Below are positions 8,180 through 16,208 of a DNA stretch of 64,000 bases, in pieces. Source of the DNA: an uncultured virus (IMG/VR IMGVR_UViG_3300020577_005824). Its lineage: Duplodnaviria > Heunggongvirae > Uroviricota > Caudoviricetes. The stretch lies in IMG/VR virus record IMGVR_UViG_3300020577_005824; one strand, 5' to 3'. The notes beneath the pieces are model-generated. The model did not search any database and was not told the origin of the DNA. It saw nothing but the letters and a program-made list of their open reading frames with translations. Made by a program: the position numbers and the translations under genes. Numbering within the stretch: the first letter of the stretch is position 1; the number at the start of each line of letters is the position of its first letter.

Positions 8180-8371
8180 TTAAAATTCTCTAATTAACCC
8201 GTTTATATAAAGTAGATAAGTACCTCCAATAATTAACAGCATGGTAGCAATGGCACAAATTAACTCTATATTAATACGTTTTTTAATTACTGGCTTTTGT
8301 TCCTGTTTGTTTTGTTCATTAATGGCGTTAATCTCATTTTGAACGGCTTTTGAATAGATTGAAGTGTTCAT
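8180..8371 (-). CDS. small single-TM protein
   Basis: C-terminal hydrophobic helix. Confidence 0.6.
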   Translation of the reverse strand: MNTSIYSKAVQNEINAINEQNKQEQKPVIKKRINIELICAIATMLLIIGGTYLLYINGLIREF

Positions 8372-8397
8372 GATTTCTAAATTTTAAGGTGTTATTA

Positions 8398-9288
8398 TTA
8401 TTTTTTGCTTAACTCAAATTTTACATTTTCAGGTAGATAGCCTTTGTATGTTTTAGAAAATTCTAAAACCTCGTTTAATTGCTCGTCTGTTATTTTTGGC
8501 TCGTACCCTTTCCAATTAAAAGAGACCGTTTTTATATGTGAGTAATAGATATAATTATTTAAACCTATCCCACACTCTAAAATAAAAAGTTGTATACTGT
8601 AGTTGTCTTTTGCGTCCTGTAATGCTTTGTTATACTCATCTAAAATTTCGGATTTTACTTTTTGCTTTATAGCCTCGTTTTTTTCGTTTGCTCTTTCCTC
8701 CATTTTTTCGGGGGAAAAATAACCGTTTTTAACTTTTTCTGTTATATCGGTTAAATGGTTTATATCTTTAATGATAGGCTGCATTTTTGTGCTATTATCG
8801 ACAAATTTTTTTCCTGTTAATTTCTCTAGTAATTCGATACCCTCGTTTGCTTCTTTTTTCCATTTGTCAATAATTCCCATGTTAAGCAAATAATAGTTAA
8901 AAAGTTCTTTTTCCTTGCAGTGCTCTTTTAAGTAGCTTGTCTCATCTAAAGAGATACGCAAATAATTTGCTGCCACCTCAACCCCTGTAACAGTCAAATG
9001 ATACCATCCGTTGCTAATTGCATACATAGGGCACCCATTAACGTCTGATAAGTGCAACTTGTCAAATATTGCAAACTCTGGGAACTCTTTGGCTATAGTT
9101 TCGCCACAAGCACCCCCACCAATGCAGTATTTATCGATTTTTGGTTTGCCTGCCTCGTACATCATCGCTGTTATACTAAAATCATTGTGTCCGTTTTTGC
9201 AAGGGTCTGATAATCTTATTTTTATATCATAAGTTACGCCGTTTTTTGTTTTTGTTACATCATATTGTAAATAGTTTATTGTTTCCAT
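8398..9288 (-). CDS. hypothetical early protein
   Basis: 296-aa ORF starting METIN. Confidence 0.75.
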   Translation of the reverse strand: METINYLQYDVTKTKNGVTYDIKIRLSDPCKNGHNDFSITAMMYEAGKPKIDKYCIGGGACGETIAKEFPEFAIFDKLHLSDVNGCPMYAISNGWYHLTVTGVEVAANYLRISLDETSYLKEHCKEKELFNYYLLNMGIIDKWKKEANEGIELLEKLTGKKFVDNSTKMQPIIKDINHLTDITEKVKNGYFSPEKMEERANEKNEAIKQKVKSEILDEYNKALQDAKDNYSIQLFILECGIGLNNYIYYSHIKTVSFNWKGYEPKITDEQLNEVLEFSKTYKGYLPENVKFELSKK

Positions 9289-9312
9289 TTTGTTTTGTTT
9301 TTATTAGTTAAT
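9274..9312. repeat. 39-bp direct repeat, copy 1
   Basis: identical to 9835-9873. Confidence 0.9.
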
Positions 9313-9849
9313 TTCTTGTAATTCTCTTAACTCATCATCATTAAACAAGGTGCAAAGGTCGGTAAACTCTTTTTTTACTGCCTTGTATGTTTTTAAGGCT
9401 TTGCGGCTGTCCTCATCGTATCCGAAATTGACGCAAAAGTCCTCAAGTGTTCCGGGGTCGTATTTAGTAAGGCACGCTAAAACATCATAGTTTGTAGGTG
9501 CTTTTGGTAGCTCTATTTTGTCACAGTTAGCAAACTGCCAGTCACACAAAAATCTAAATTTTGCCACATCAAAACTACCGTCTTTTTTTAAATATTGGCT
9601 TTTATCAAATGTTTTAAATACTTTGCCTGTATTTCTGTTAACTATTTTTACCCCACTATTAATTAGGCTTTGCCCGAAATCTAAACTCATGCCCCTGTTA
9701 CCTCTACTGATATAAACAGAATAAATATCTCTTTTGTCTTTGTCGTCTTCAAAATGATAATCATATTTTTTAAATGTAATTTCTATTTTTGCGCCTGTTT
9801 TAGTTAAAAAGTCATTCGCTTGCTGTTCGTATGTGTTTATTGTTTCCAT
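9304..9849 (-). CDS. hypothetical early protein
   Basis: 181-aa ORF starting METIN, flanked by the 39-bp repeats. Confidence 0.75.
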   Translation of the reverse strand: METINTYEQQANDFLTKTGAKIEITFKKYDYHFEDDKDKRDIYSVYISRGNRGMSLDFGQSLINSGVKIVNRNTGKVFKTFDKSQYLKKDGSFDVAKFRFLCDWQFANCDKIELPKAPTNYDVLACLTKYDPGTLEDFCVNFGYDEDSRKALKTYKAVKKEFTDLCTLFNDDELRELQEIN

Positions 9850-9873
9850 TTTGTTTTGTTTTTATTAGTTAAT
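9835..9873. repeat. 39-bp direct repeat, copy 2
   Basis: identical to 9274-9312. Confidence 0.9.
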
Positions 9874-10033
9874 ATTTATTTTTTATCGATTATTTTATCC
9901 TTTCGGGCGGTTTATTTAATTACTTTAAAATCATTATAAGAAAGAGAGAAAGAGACACGCTCTAAAGCTTTATTAATAGCGTGGTGTTTTGTTTCGGCTC
10001 TGACAATATAGACAAAGCCGTTTAGCTTGTTTT

Positions 10034-10183
10034 TTACTTTGTATTCTTGCATAACTTGTAAACTTTTACAGTGTTATAGTTGTTTATGTACTCTAATTTA
10101 TACCCCTCTTTATTGTGGTATTTTTCAGCATCATTAAAACCCTTAACGGTGTTTAACTCTATTGTTTTTATTAACTTTTGCAT
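10034..10183 (-). CDS. 49-aa hypothetical protein, probable first early gene
   Basis: MQKLIKTIELNTVKGF...KNTK read manually. Confidence 0.45.
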   Translation of the reverse strand: MQKLIKTIELNTVKGFNDAEKYHNKEGYKLEYINNYNTVKVYKLCKNTK

Positions 10184-10617
10184 AATCTTATTTTTTAAAT
10201 TTGGTTAGCTCCTTTGACCTTAATCAAATAGCACGGTTAAACCGTATCAAAGGAGTATAAAGAACGAAGAGCGGAAAGTTTTAAACCTTTCAGGGCGTAA
10301 ATTATCTATTTACGACCCAAACCACCTTTCGGGCGGTTAACTCCAATATTAAAGCTTTATATCTACATAATAGTAAACATAAAGCAAAACGATTAAATTT
10401 ATATTATAATTATAGCGCATCTCATATCATACGCTCAGCCCCTTAACAATTACATAATCTTATTTAAAGGGTCTGTATATATACCAATAAGCTACATATA
10501 TAAGGTAAACAGTATCTAAACTGTACAACGGCTACTATTGTGTGTTGGTTAGTCAATATGTCAAAGAACTAATAAATAAAACCCCTTTTTAAATATCACT
10601 GTTTTAATTATCTGATA

Positions 10618-10625
10618 CAAAGATA
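10618..10625 (-). promoter_or_regulatory. Bacteroidota -7 promoter element for the leftward early operon
   Basis: TATCTTTG on the minus strand (TAnnTTTG consensus). Confidence 0.55.
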
Positions 10626-10723
10626 CGAAATTTTTTTGATATGTAAGTGTATATATGCGCAACTTAGTCGCTTGTTGTCGTTTGTTGTCGGCTAGTTGCT
10701 TAATTACCAAGGCTTTTGGACCT

Positions 10724-10742
10724 ATTTAGAATCAATATAAAT
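10724..10742. promoter_or_regulatory. 19-bp palindromic operator (Fur-box-like)
   Basis: ATTTAGAATCAATATAAAT. Confidence 0.45.
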
Positions 10743-11416
10743 TAGCAATTAGCCGATAATATACAGCAAAATACGGTATTTAAAAGTTCGTTATTTACAA
10801 AAATAAATATCTATTTACTCAGCCAAATAGCCATTTATATACACTTAAGCACGCCTTTACACTGATTTCACTCAATAAAACAATAGTTTCGCCATTTTAC
10901 GCTCGATATTATATATTAATCGCCGTAAAATATTAAAAAATACATTCATAATTAACATTCTGTTAAATGCACTATTTATAATACTAATTGTCGTGCCCTC
11001 CCCTACTCTATCTCTATCAATACACATAACAGGATATAACGTAATAAAAAATATATATAAGGCACGATAAAACAAGCTAAAAGCCAGTAATAGCAAGCGA
11101 ACAAGCATAAAGGAGCCTGAATATAAATAAAGGTATTGAGCTAACGAATCGGTGTTAGTTTGGGCTTTTCTTTTTTGGAGGGGGCAGGGGTTAAATAAGC
11201 GGAACTATACCTGGCACACACCAATATTCCTGATCCGACTCAATCTATACACTATATCGATTTAGATTATTCTAAACAATATAAAGTCTTTAGGGGTTAA
11301 ATTTTGGTTACACATCCATAAAACGTCTCGGGTAACAAGGCCTTGTATATAATACCCGGAGGGGTTAAATTTGGGTAGGGGTACTTAATGAATATATAAA
11401 AAAAGTTTAAGTCCTT

Positions 11417-11435
11417 ATTTAGACTGATTCTAAAT
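11417..11435. promoter_or_regulatory. 19-bp palindromic operator (Fur-box-like)
   Basis: ATTTAGACTGATTCTAAAT, upstream of TACTTTTG at 11471-11478. Confidence 0.55.
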
Positions 11436-11495
11436 TCATATTACAATTAGTTTACTTAACTTTTTATAATTACTTTTGTGTAAAATTAATGTATT

Positions 11496-12215
11496 ATGAA
11501 AAAAGAGAAACAGGAATTGGCTTTACGGATAATGTCTAATGGGAAGTATAGGTTAAATGTAGAATTGGGTATTTTCGAAAGCTTTCGTAAGGGGGATGGT
11601 GTATGGAAGCCTTTGAGTGGTACTATTGTATCATCTGGATATTTGCAGCATAATATTCATCTTGGAAGGGGTAAAAACACGAAGTGTATAGTTTACGCCC
11701 ACATACTTTCGTATTTGGTAACAAATGGTATGTATGACGAAGGTTTAGTTATAAATCATAAGGATTTGAATAGGTTAAACAATAAGCCTTCTAATTTAGA
11801 GGCTATATCTACATCTGATAACGTTAATCATTCTTATGAGAACAATGTTATTTTTAAAGAGGGTGTTTCTCATGTGTCTAAAATTAGATATGAGGAGATT
11901 TGCAAGATAAAAGCTTTGATGGATGAACATCCTAATTGGAATAAATCTAAAATCGCCAGAGAACTTGGCTTGAATAGAATCCCTGTTACTAGAATTATCA
12001 ATAAGATAAATAATGGCGAGGAATTGAAGTTTGGATCTCCAGGAAAAGTGGCAAGTCCAAATGCTAAAAAAAGAATTATAAACGAAGAAAATTGGACAAG
12101 CAATGAACACAAAAAAGAAATCAGCAAAGAATGGACAAGCGAAGACTCTGGAGAACATCCAATGGTACATGAAAGTAGTGGTTCGGCAACAGAAGAACAA
12201 AGAAGCCTTCAGTAA
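11496..12215 (+). CDS. HNH homing endonuclease with C-terminal HTH
   Basis: SGY...AHILSY...VINHKDLNRLNNKPSNLE...N..H; KSKIARELGLNR. Confidence 0.85.
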   Translation: MKKEKQELALRIMSNGKYRLNVELGIFESFRKGDGVWKPLSGTIVSSGYLQHNIHLGRGKNTKCIVYAHILSYLVTNGMYDEGLVINHKDLNRLNNKPSNLEAISTSDNVNHSYENNVIFKEGVSHVSKIRYEEICKIKALMDEHPNWNKSKIARELGLNRIPVTRIINKINNGEELKFGSPGKVASPNAKKRIINEENWTSNEHKKEISKEWTSEDSGEHPMVHESSGSATEEQRSLQ

Positions 12216-12254
12216 AAGTTACTTTGGGAGTGAATACGTAAATAAAGAAGAATT

Positions 12255-12575
12255 ATGATAACAGTAATGTGCATCGACGATAAGAATCGTCCAAAAGAAA
12301 TTCCTCCTCATAAATGGGTAGAGGCTGGAAAATGGTACACTATAATCCACGTAAGCAAACATACTCTGCAGGGAGGGATAAAAGGAGTTACGCTATCGGA
12401 AATATGTTTAGATGAATCCTGCGCTCCGTATGAAGCTTTTAGATTGGATAGATTTGGGTTTTTGCCAGAGGATATCAGAAGATTCTGGGAATTTGCAGTG
12501 GCTTGTACTGGATTAGAAGAGGTAAACGTAAAAGAACTTTTGGAAGATCGGGTGGTGGAATTAGTGAACGAATAA
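12255..12575 (+). CDS. hypothetical protein
   Basis: 106-aa ORF (VMCIDD...YT...RF). Confidence 0.7.
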   Translation: MITVMCIDDKNRPKEIPPHKWVEAGKWYTIIHVSKHTLQGGIKGVTLSEICLDESCAPYEAFRLDRFGFLPEDIRRFWEFAVACTGLEEVNVKELLEDRVVELVNE

Positions 12576-12834
12576 TTCCCTTCATTATAAAGCTTTTTGC
12601 GTTTCTCTGGTTTTTGGTATTTTGATGGATATAAGCATGTTCTTTCTACCGTTTTTGCTTCTTTGCAAAAGTCACATAAGTCAAATTCTGCTGATGCTGA
12701 CATAATATTTATTTTTTAAAAAGCAATCCATTGAAATCCGTCCTTATAAAGTCATATAGCCCATTCTACGTCTTTATATCGGGATTTCTGATGTTTCAAC
12801 TATGGGTGTAGCTGATGGATTGTCTTTTGATTAA

Positions 12835-13731
12835 TTACTTGTTTGATTTTTTTAAAATTGGAGTCAACTCATCAAAGTTTACGTGGTCTATACCGTATTC
12901 TCCTGTCTCTATTAAGGATTTAGCCTTCGTTTGAGCGTCCTTATCATCTTCAGCGATGATATTTTCTAACACTAACTGCTGGGCTTCACCCAATTCACGA
13001 GTGTAAACAACTGTATAGTTATTAAATCCTTTTGGCGGATTTACAATTTCATCGATAGGATAAACCGGAGTCTCCTCAACTACTGGAGACTCATTTCCTG
13101 GACCTTGAGAAACCTCTTCTTCTTCGATTACAGCTTCTTCAATGAAGTTCTTAGACTTTTCTTCCATTACCTTTATTTTCTTCGCGTAGAAGTACGCAAA
13201 TGCGATTCTATGGCATGGGATACATAATTCCTCAGATGATATCGTATTATCTTCATTTTTATGCTGCAGAATCCAAATTGAAGGGTCCCAAGAATTATCA
13301 TTAAATACATCTTGAACAGGACGATGCAGTGTGTAGTTGTCGTTATATTTAGATTGATATATGCGGATTGGAGAATCGTGAATTGTTTCTGGCTTATGAA
13401 TAAGCTCGAATCCAAATTGCTCAGGGATAAATGGATCCTCATCTAAAAGCTCTAGTATTTGATTTTCAGCTACCTTTAAGGCTTCTTGAAAGTCAAACGC
13501 TCGGTCCATCAAGAAGTCAATCATCAACTGCTTATTCTCAATAGCGCCTTCTGAGTCTATGTGGATGTTTTTAAATGCCGGATATTTCTCTGGATCGATG
13601 AATACTCCTATTTTACCCTCTTCATTTTGCTGAAATGTTACTCTATTCGAGAATATCGCCATACTCTCTACTATATCGTAAGGGTAACGTGTTTTTGTTG
13701 TGCTGTAGCCTGGTTTCCAATCTGCTGTCAT
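12835..13731 (-). CDS. acidic hypothetical protein (start likely ATG 13731)
   Basis: long ORF; ATG follows the upstream stop. Confidence 0.7.
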   Translation of the reverse strand: MTADWKPGYSTTKTRYPYDIVESMAIFSNRVTFQQNEEGKIGVFIDPEKYPAFKNIHIDSEGAIENKQLMIDFLMDRAFDFQEALKVAENQILELLDEDPFIPEQFGFELIHKPETIHDSPIRIYQSKYNDNYTLHRPVQDVFNDNSWDPSIWILQHKNEDNTISSEELCIPCHRIAFAYFYAKKIKVMEEKSKNFIEEAVIEEEEVSQGPGNESPVVEETPVYPIDEIVNPPKGFNNYTVVYTRELGEAQQLVLENIIAEDDKDAQTKAKSLIETGEYGIDHVNFDELTPILKKSNK

Positions 13732-13742
13732 ATATTTTATTT

Positions 13743-14177
13743 TTAAATAGTATCTTGTTTTAATACCGGTTTTGATATTTCTGTTTTTAGCTTTTCGATA
13801 GTATTTCTCTGCTCGTGATATTGTATAAACATCCAACAAGAAACTACTAAGAATGTAAGAAATCCTACTTTCATAAAGAATAACGCATGCTCACATCTAC
13901 TAAGATCTGTTTCTGTTATTTTAAGCAGCTCTTTTGTTTTATCGTTAGCGCTTGTAAGGAAATTATAATTTTCAACTCTTCCCGCGGGTCGATTTAGGGT
14001 TGAGTATATTCTTCCATCAGAAGAAGCACATGTGAATCCGGTTACTTCTCCGTGACCATTGATATATAGATCTATGGATGGTGACTCAAATTTAGATTTT
14101 AGGTAAAACAACAAATCATCCTTATCTGTATATGTAGCTAGGATGTATTTTGGGTCGAATAATGTTTCTGTTTTCAT
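13743..14177 (-). CDS. membrane-anchored hypothetical protein
   Basis: one TM segment plus coiled coil. Confidence 0.65.
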   Translation of the reverse strand: MKTETLFDPKYILATYTDKDDLLFYLKSKFESPSIDLYINGHGEVTGFTCASSDGRIYSTLNRPAGRVENYNFLTSANDKTKELLKITETDLSRCEHALFFMKVGFLTFLVVSCWMFIQYHEQRNTIEKLKTEISKPVLKQDTI

Positions 14178-14198
14178 AATCTGATTTCTTAGTTTTTA

Positions 14199-14255
14199 AA
14201 AAAGTACCCTTGAAGGAATTTTTTTCTGGCAAGAAAGTTATCAAGGGTACTTTTT
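14199..14255 (-). terminator. long hairpin / probable terminator
   Basis: 15-bp perfect inverted repeat AAAAAGTACCCTTGA / TCAAGGGTACTTTTT. Confidence 0.55.
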
Positions 14256-14299
14256 AAGTTAGCTCCATCCCCATTTTTCAATGAGAAAGAGAAACGTCT

Positions 14300-14566
14300 T
14301 TAGATAGTTGCCGCTACTAATGTTTCGAATGCTGTAAAATCTGTGTTACGCTGAGACTGAGAATCCCAGTAGATTTTAGCTACCTTAGTTTGAGAATTTG
14401 GGTAAACGTAGCTTACTTGGATACCGTAACGAGCTGTTGAAGCTGGTTGGTTAGGTAATGCAGGTAAATCGATTTTAGCGATATCTACAATGTGGTCCGC
14501 TCCAACTACTGCCGTAGGGGTTAAAGAGCTTGAGAATTTTACTAATGGTTTTGCTAATGCTGACAT
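14300..14566 (-). CDS. 88-aa protein with its own promoter, possibly a virion component
   Basis: TATATTTG at 14603-14610 (minus); codon style resembles the capsid gene by eye. Confidence 0.7.
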   Translation of the reverse strand: MSALAKPLVKFSSSLTPTAVVGADHIVDIAKIDLPALPNQPASTARYGIQVSYVYPNSQTKVAKIYWDSQSQRNTDFTAFETLVAATI

Positions 14567-14645
14567 GATTATATGTTTTAAATTGTTTTATAATTTGAAA
14601 TACAAATATAATCGTAATTTTTTAATTGTCAATATATGGATAGAA

Positions 14646-14664
14646 ATTTAGAATTTGTCTAAAT
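14646..14664. promoter_or_regulatory. 19-bp palindromic operator (Fur-box-like)
   Basis: ATTTAGAATTTGTCTAAAT just upstream of the 88-aa gene promoter. Confidence 0.55.
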
Positions 14665-14699
14665 AAAAAACCTCCAGATTTTACTTGGAGGTTTTTTAT
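14663..14699. terminator. intrinsic terminator
   Basis: AAAAAACCTCCA / TGGAGGTTTTTT. Confidence 0.7.
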
Positions 14700-14719
14700 C
14701 TAACTATAAACTTTTAAAT

Positions 14720-15103
14720 CTAACATCGAATATTTAAGCCAAATCGCCAAAACGCATTATTATTAGGTAAATCGTAGTTTTTCGGGATATTCAGAATGTA
14801 TATTGTACTGTGGACGACTCTACTATCATTGAGAATCAATTTATCCGGAACTAAAAATACATTTACAAAATTCACTTTTTCATCTAAAGCTCTGATACTA
14901 GTAGCCATAAAATAAATACTATCTGGCGACAGATATTTATTGCTTTCAAAAGTTACTACATCATTACTTACTACTTCGATTTTCGAAACGCAGCTCTTTT
15001 CGACGGCAAAAGTTTTACTTTTGTGCGTGATACTCGCATACGCTACGTTTGTTGTAACCGTCACTAGACAGGACAACAAAGCGATTGACATGATTTTTTT
15101 CAT
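14720..15103 (-). CDS. secreted protein with signal peptide
   Basis: MKKIMSIALLSCLV...AYA; TAACTTTG 6 nt upstream of the ATG. Confidence 0.6.
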   Translation of the reverse strand: MKKIMSIALLSCLVTVTTNVAYASITHKSKTFAVEKSCVSKIEVVSNDVVTFESNKYLSPDSIYFMATSIRALDEKVNFVNVFLVPDKLILNDSRVVHSTIYILNIPKNYDLPNNNAFWRFGLNIRC

Positions 15104-15275
15104 AGGATCCAAAGTTAATAATATTTTTTTAAATAAAAATTTGGAAGTATCAGAAAAATTTGTTTATCTTTGGTCTTTTATTATGCGCTTTAAATTAAAT
15201 AAAAATACTGGAGAAATCCATAAATGAATCCTCAATCTTGTTTAAGCGCATAGGTTGAGGATTTTTTTATATATT

Positions 15276-15551
15276 ATGATTATATTAAAACCACTTAAAA
15301 ATAAACTAGAAGATAGAGCTACTGTTCTTCGCGTTTACCGATCAATTTCAACTGAATTTAATTTGACTGTAGAAGAATGGGGCAAATTGAATGCTGAGAT
15401 AAATAAAATGTATTCTAGTTTAGGAGGCCCTGAATTATCATTTGTTAAGCAGAAATCAGTTTTTGGAGGTAAGTATAAAAAAAAGATTGTATGCTATCCT
15501 GCTGAGTTTGTCCCAGTAATTGTTAATATTATTAAAAAACGTATTAAATAA
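15276..15551 (+). CDS. hypothetical basic protein
   Basis: ORF with ATG 15276; TTTG/TATCTTTG promoter at 15140-15172. Confidence 0.55.
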   Translation: MIILKPLKNKLEDRATVLRVYRSISTEFNLTVEEWGKLNAEINKMYSSLGGPELSFVKQKSVFGGKYKKKIVCYPAEFVPVIVNIIKKRIK

Positions 15552-15563
15552 TAAAAACTTCTA

Positions 15564-15844
15564 TCTGGAGGCAGAAATCGCAATAGCGGATAGATTTTAA
15601 GTCGTTACTATGGGTTTACTACACAGCGACAACGGTGGCATTAAAGGAAAGAGCCGTAGGATAGTAGGGGCAGCTCACACACTGCTGATAGTTGGTTCCG
15701 AGTTTATCTAATGTTGAGTTTAGATAAATAACGCGATAGGGGGTGGCTCCGTCAAGGTAGTAGCTTTTTCTTTCGTTGTGCATGACCCTCCACAAGCTTT
15801 AAACAGCATGTGGCTAAGGTGGGTTATGCATGAACATCTCCAGA
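15564..15844 (+). ncRNA. candidate structured non-coding RNA (strand inferred from context)
   Basis: ORF-free, GC-enriched; closing helix TCTGGAG/CTCCAGA plus several internal stems. Confidence 0.45.
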
Positions 15845-15929
15845 AGGTTCACCGTAAGGTAATAATCAATAAAGTAACTTATTTACTCATAAACTTAAAA
15901 ATGTTTAATTTTTTTATATCTTTGTCGTT

Positions 15930-16208
15930 ATGAGTTCAGAATCAGAAAAACACAAACTAAACTTCCTAGCCATAGCCTCCGGTTGGAAGAACTATATCTT
16001 CAAATCTCCAACAATCGAAGAACTTGCCAAAACAAGAGCTAAAATATGCGCTGAATGTCCTCACTTTGATCCAAATAAACCATTTAAGAAAATAATGCCA
16101 GATAAATCAATAACGAAAATTGAAGGAGCTGGATGTGGAATATGCGGATGTCCACTTTCTGCAAAACTAAGACAAGTACTTGAAAATTGCCCAGACAAAA
16201 GATGGTAG
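15930..16208 (+). CDS. small Cys-rich Zn-binding protein
   Basis: CAECP...CGICGCP...CP..RW; TATCTTTG 5 nt upstream of the ATG. Confidence 0.75.
   Translation: MSSESEKHKLNFLAIASGWKNYIFKSPTIEELAKTRAKICAECPHFDPNKPFKKIMPDKSITKIEGAGCGICGCPLSAKLRQVLENCPDKRW

Noticed and set aside
10872..11108. 78-aa ORF in the divergent region
   Set aside because: Low-complexity and hydrophobic with no operon context; probably spurious.
12308..12703. 131-aa minus-strand ORF
   Set aside because: Only the first 45 or so residues (CDFC motif) look gene-like; the rest is antisense to 12255-12575. Possibly a remnant, so not called.
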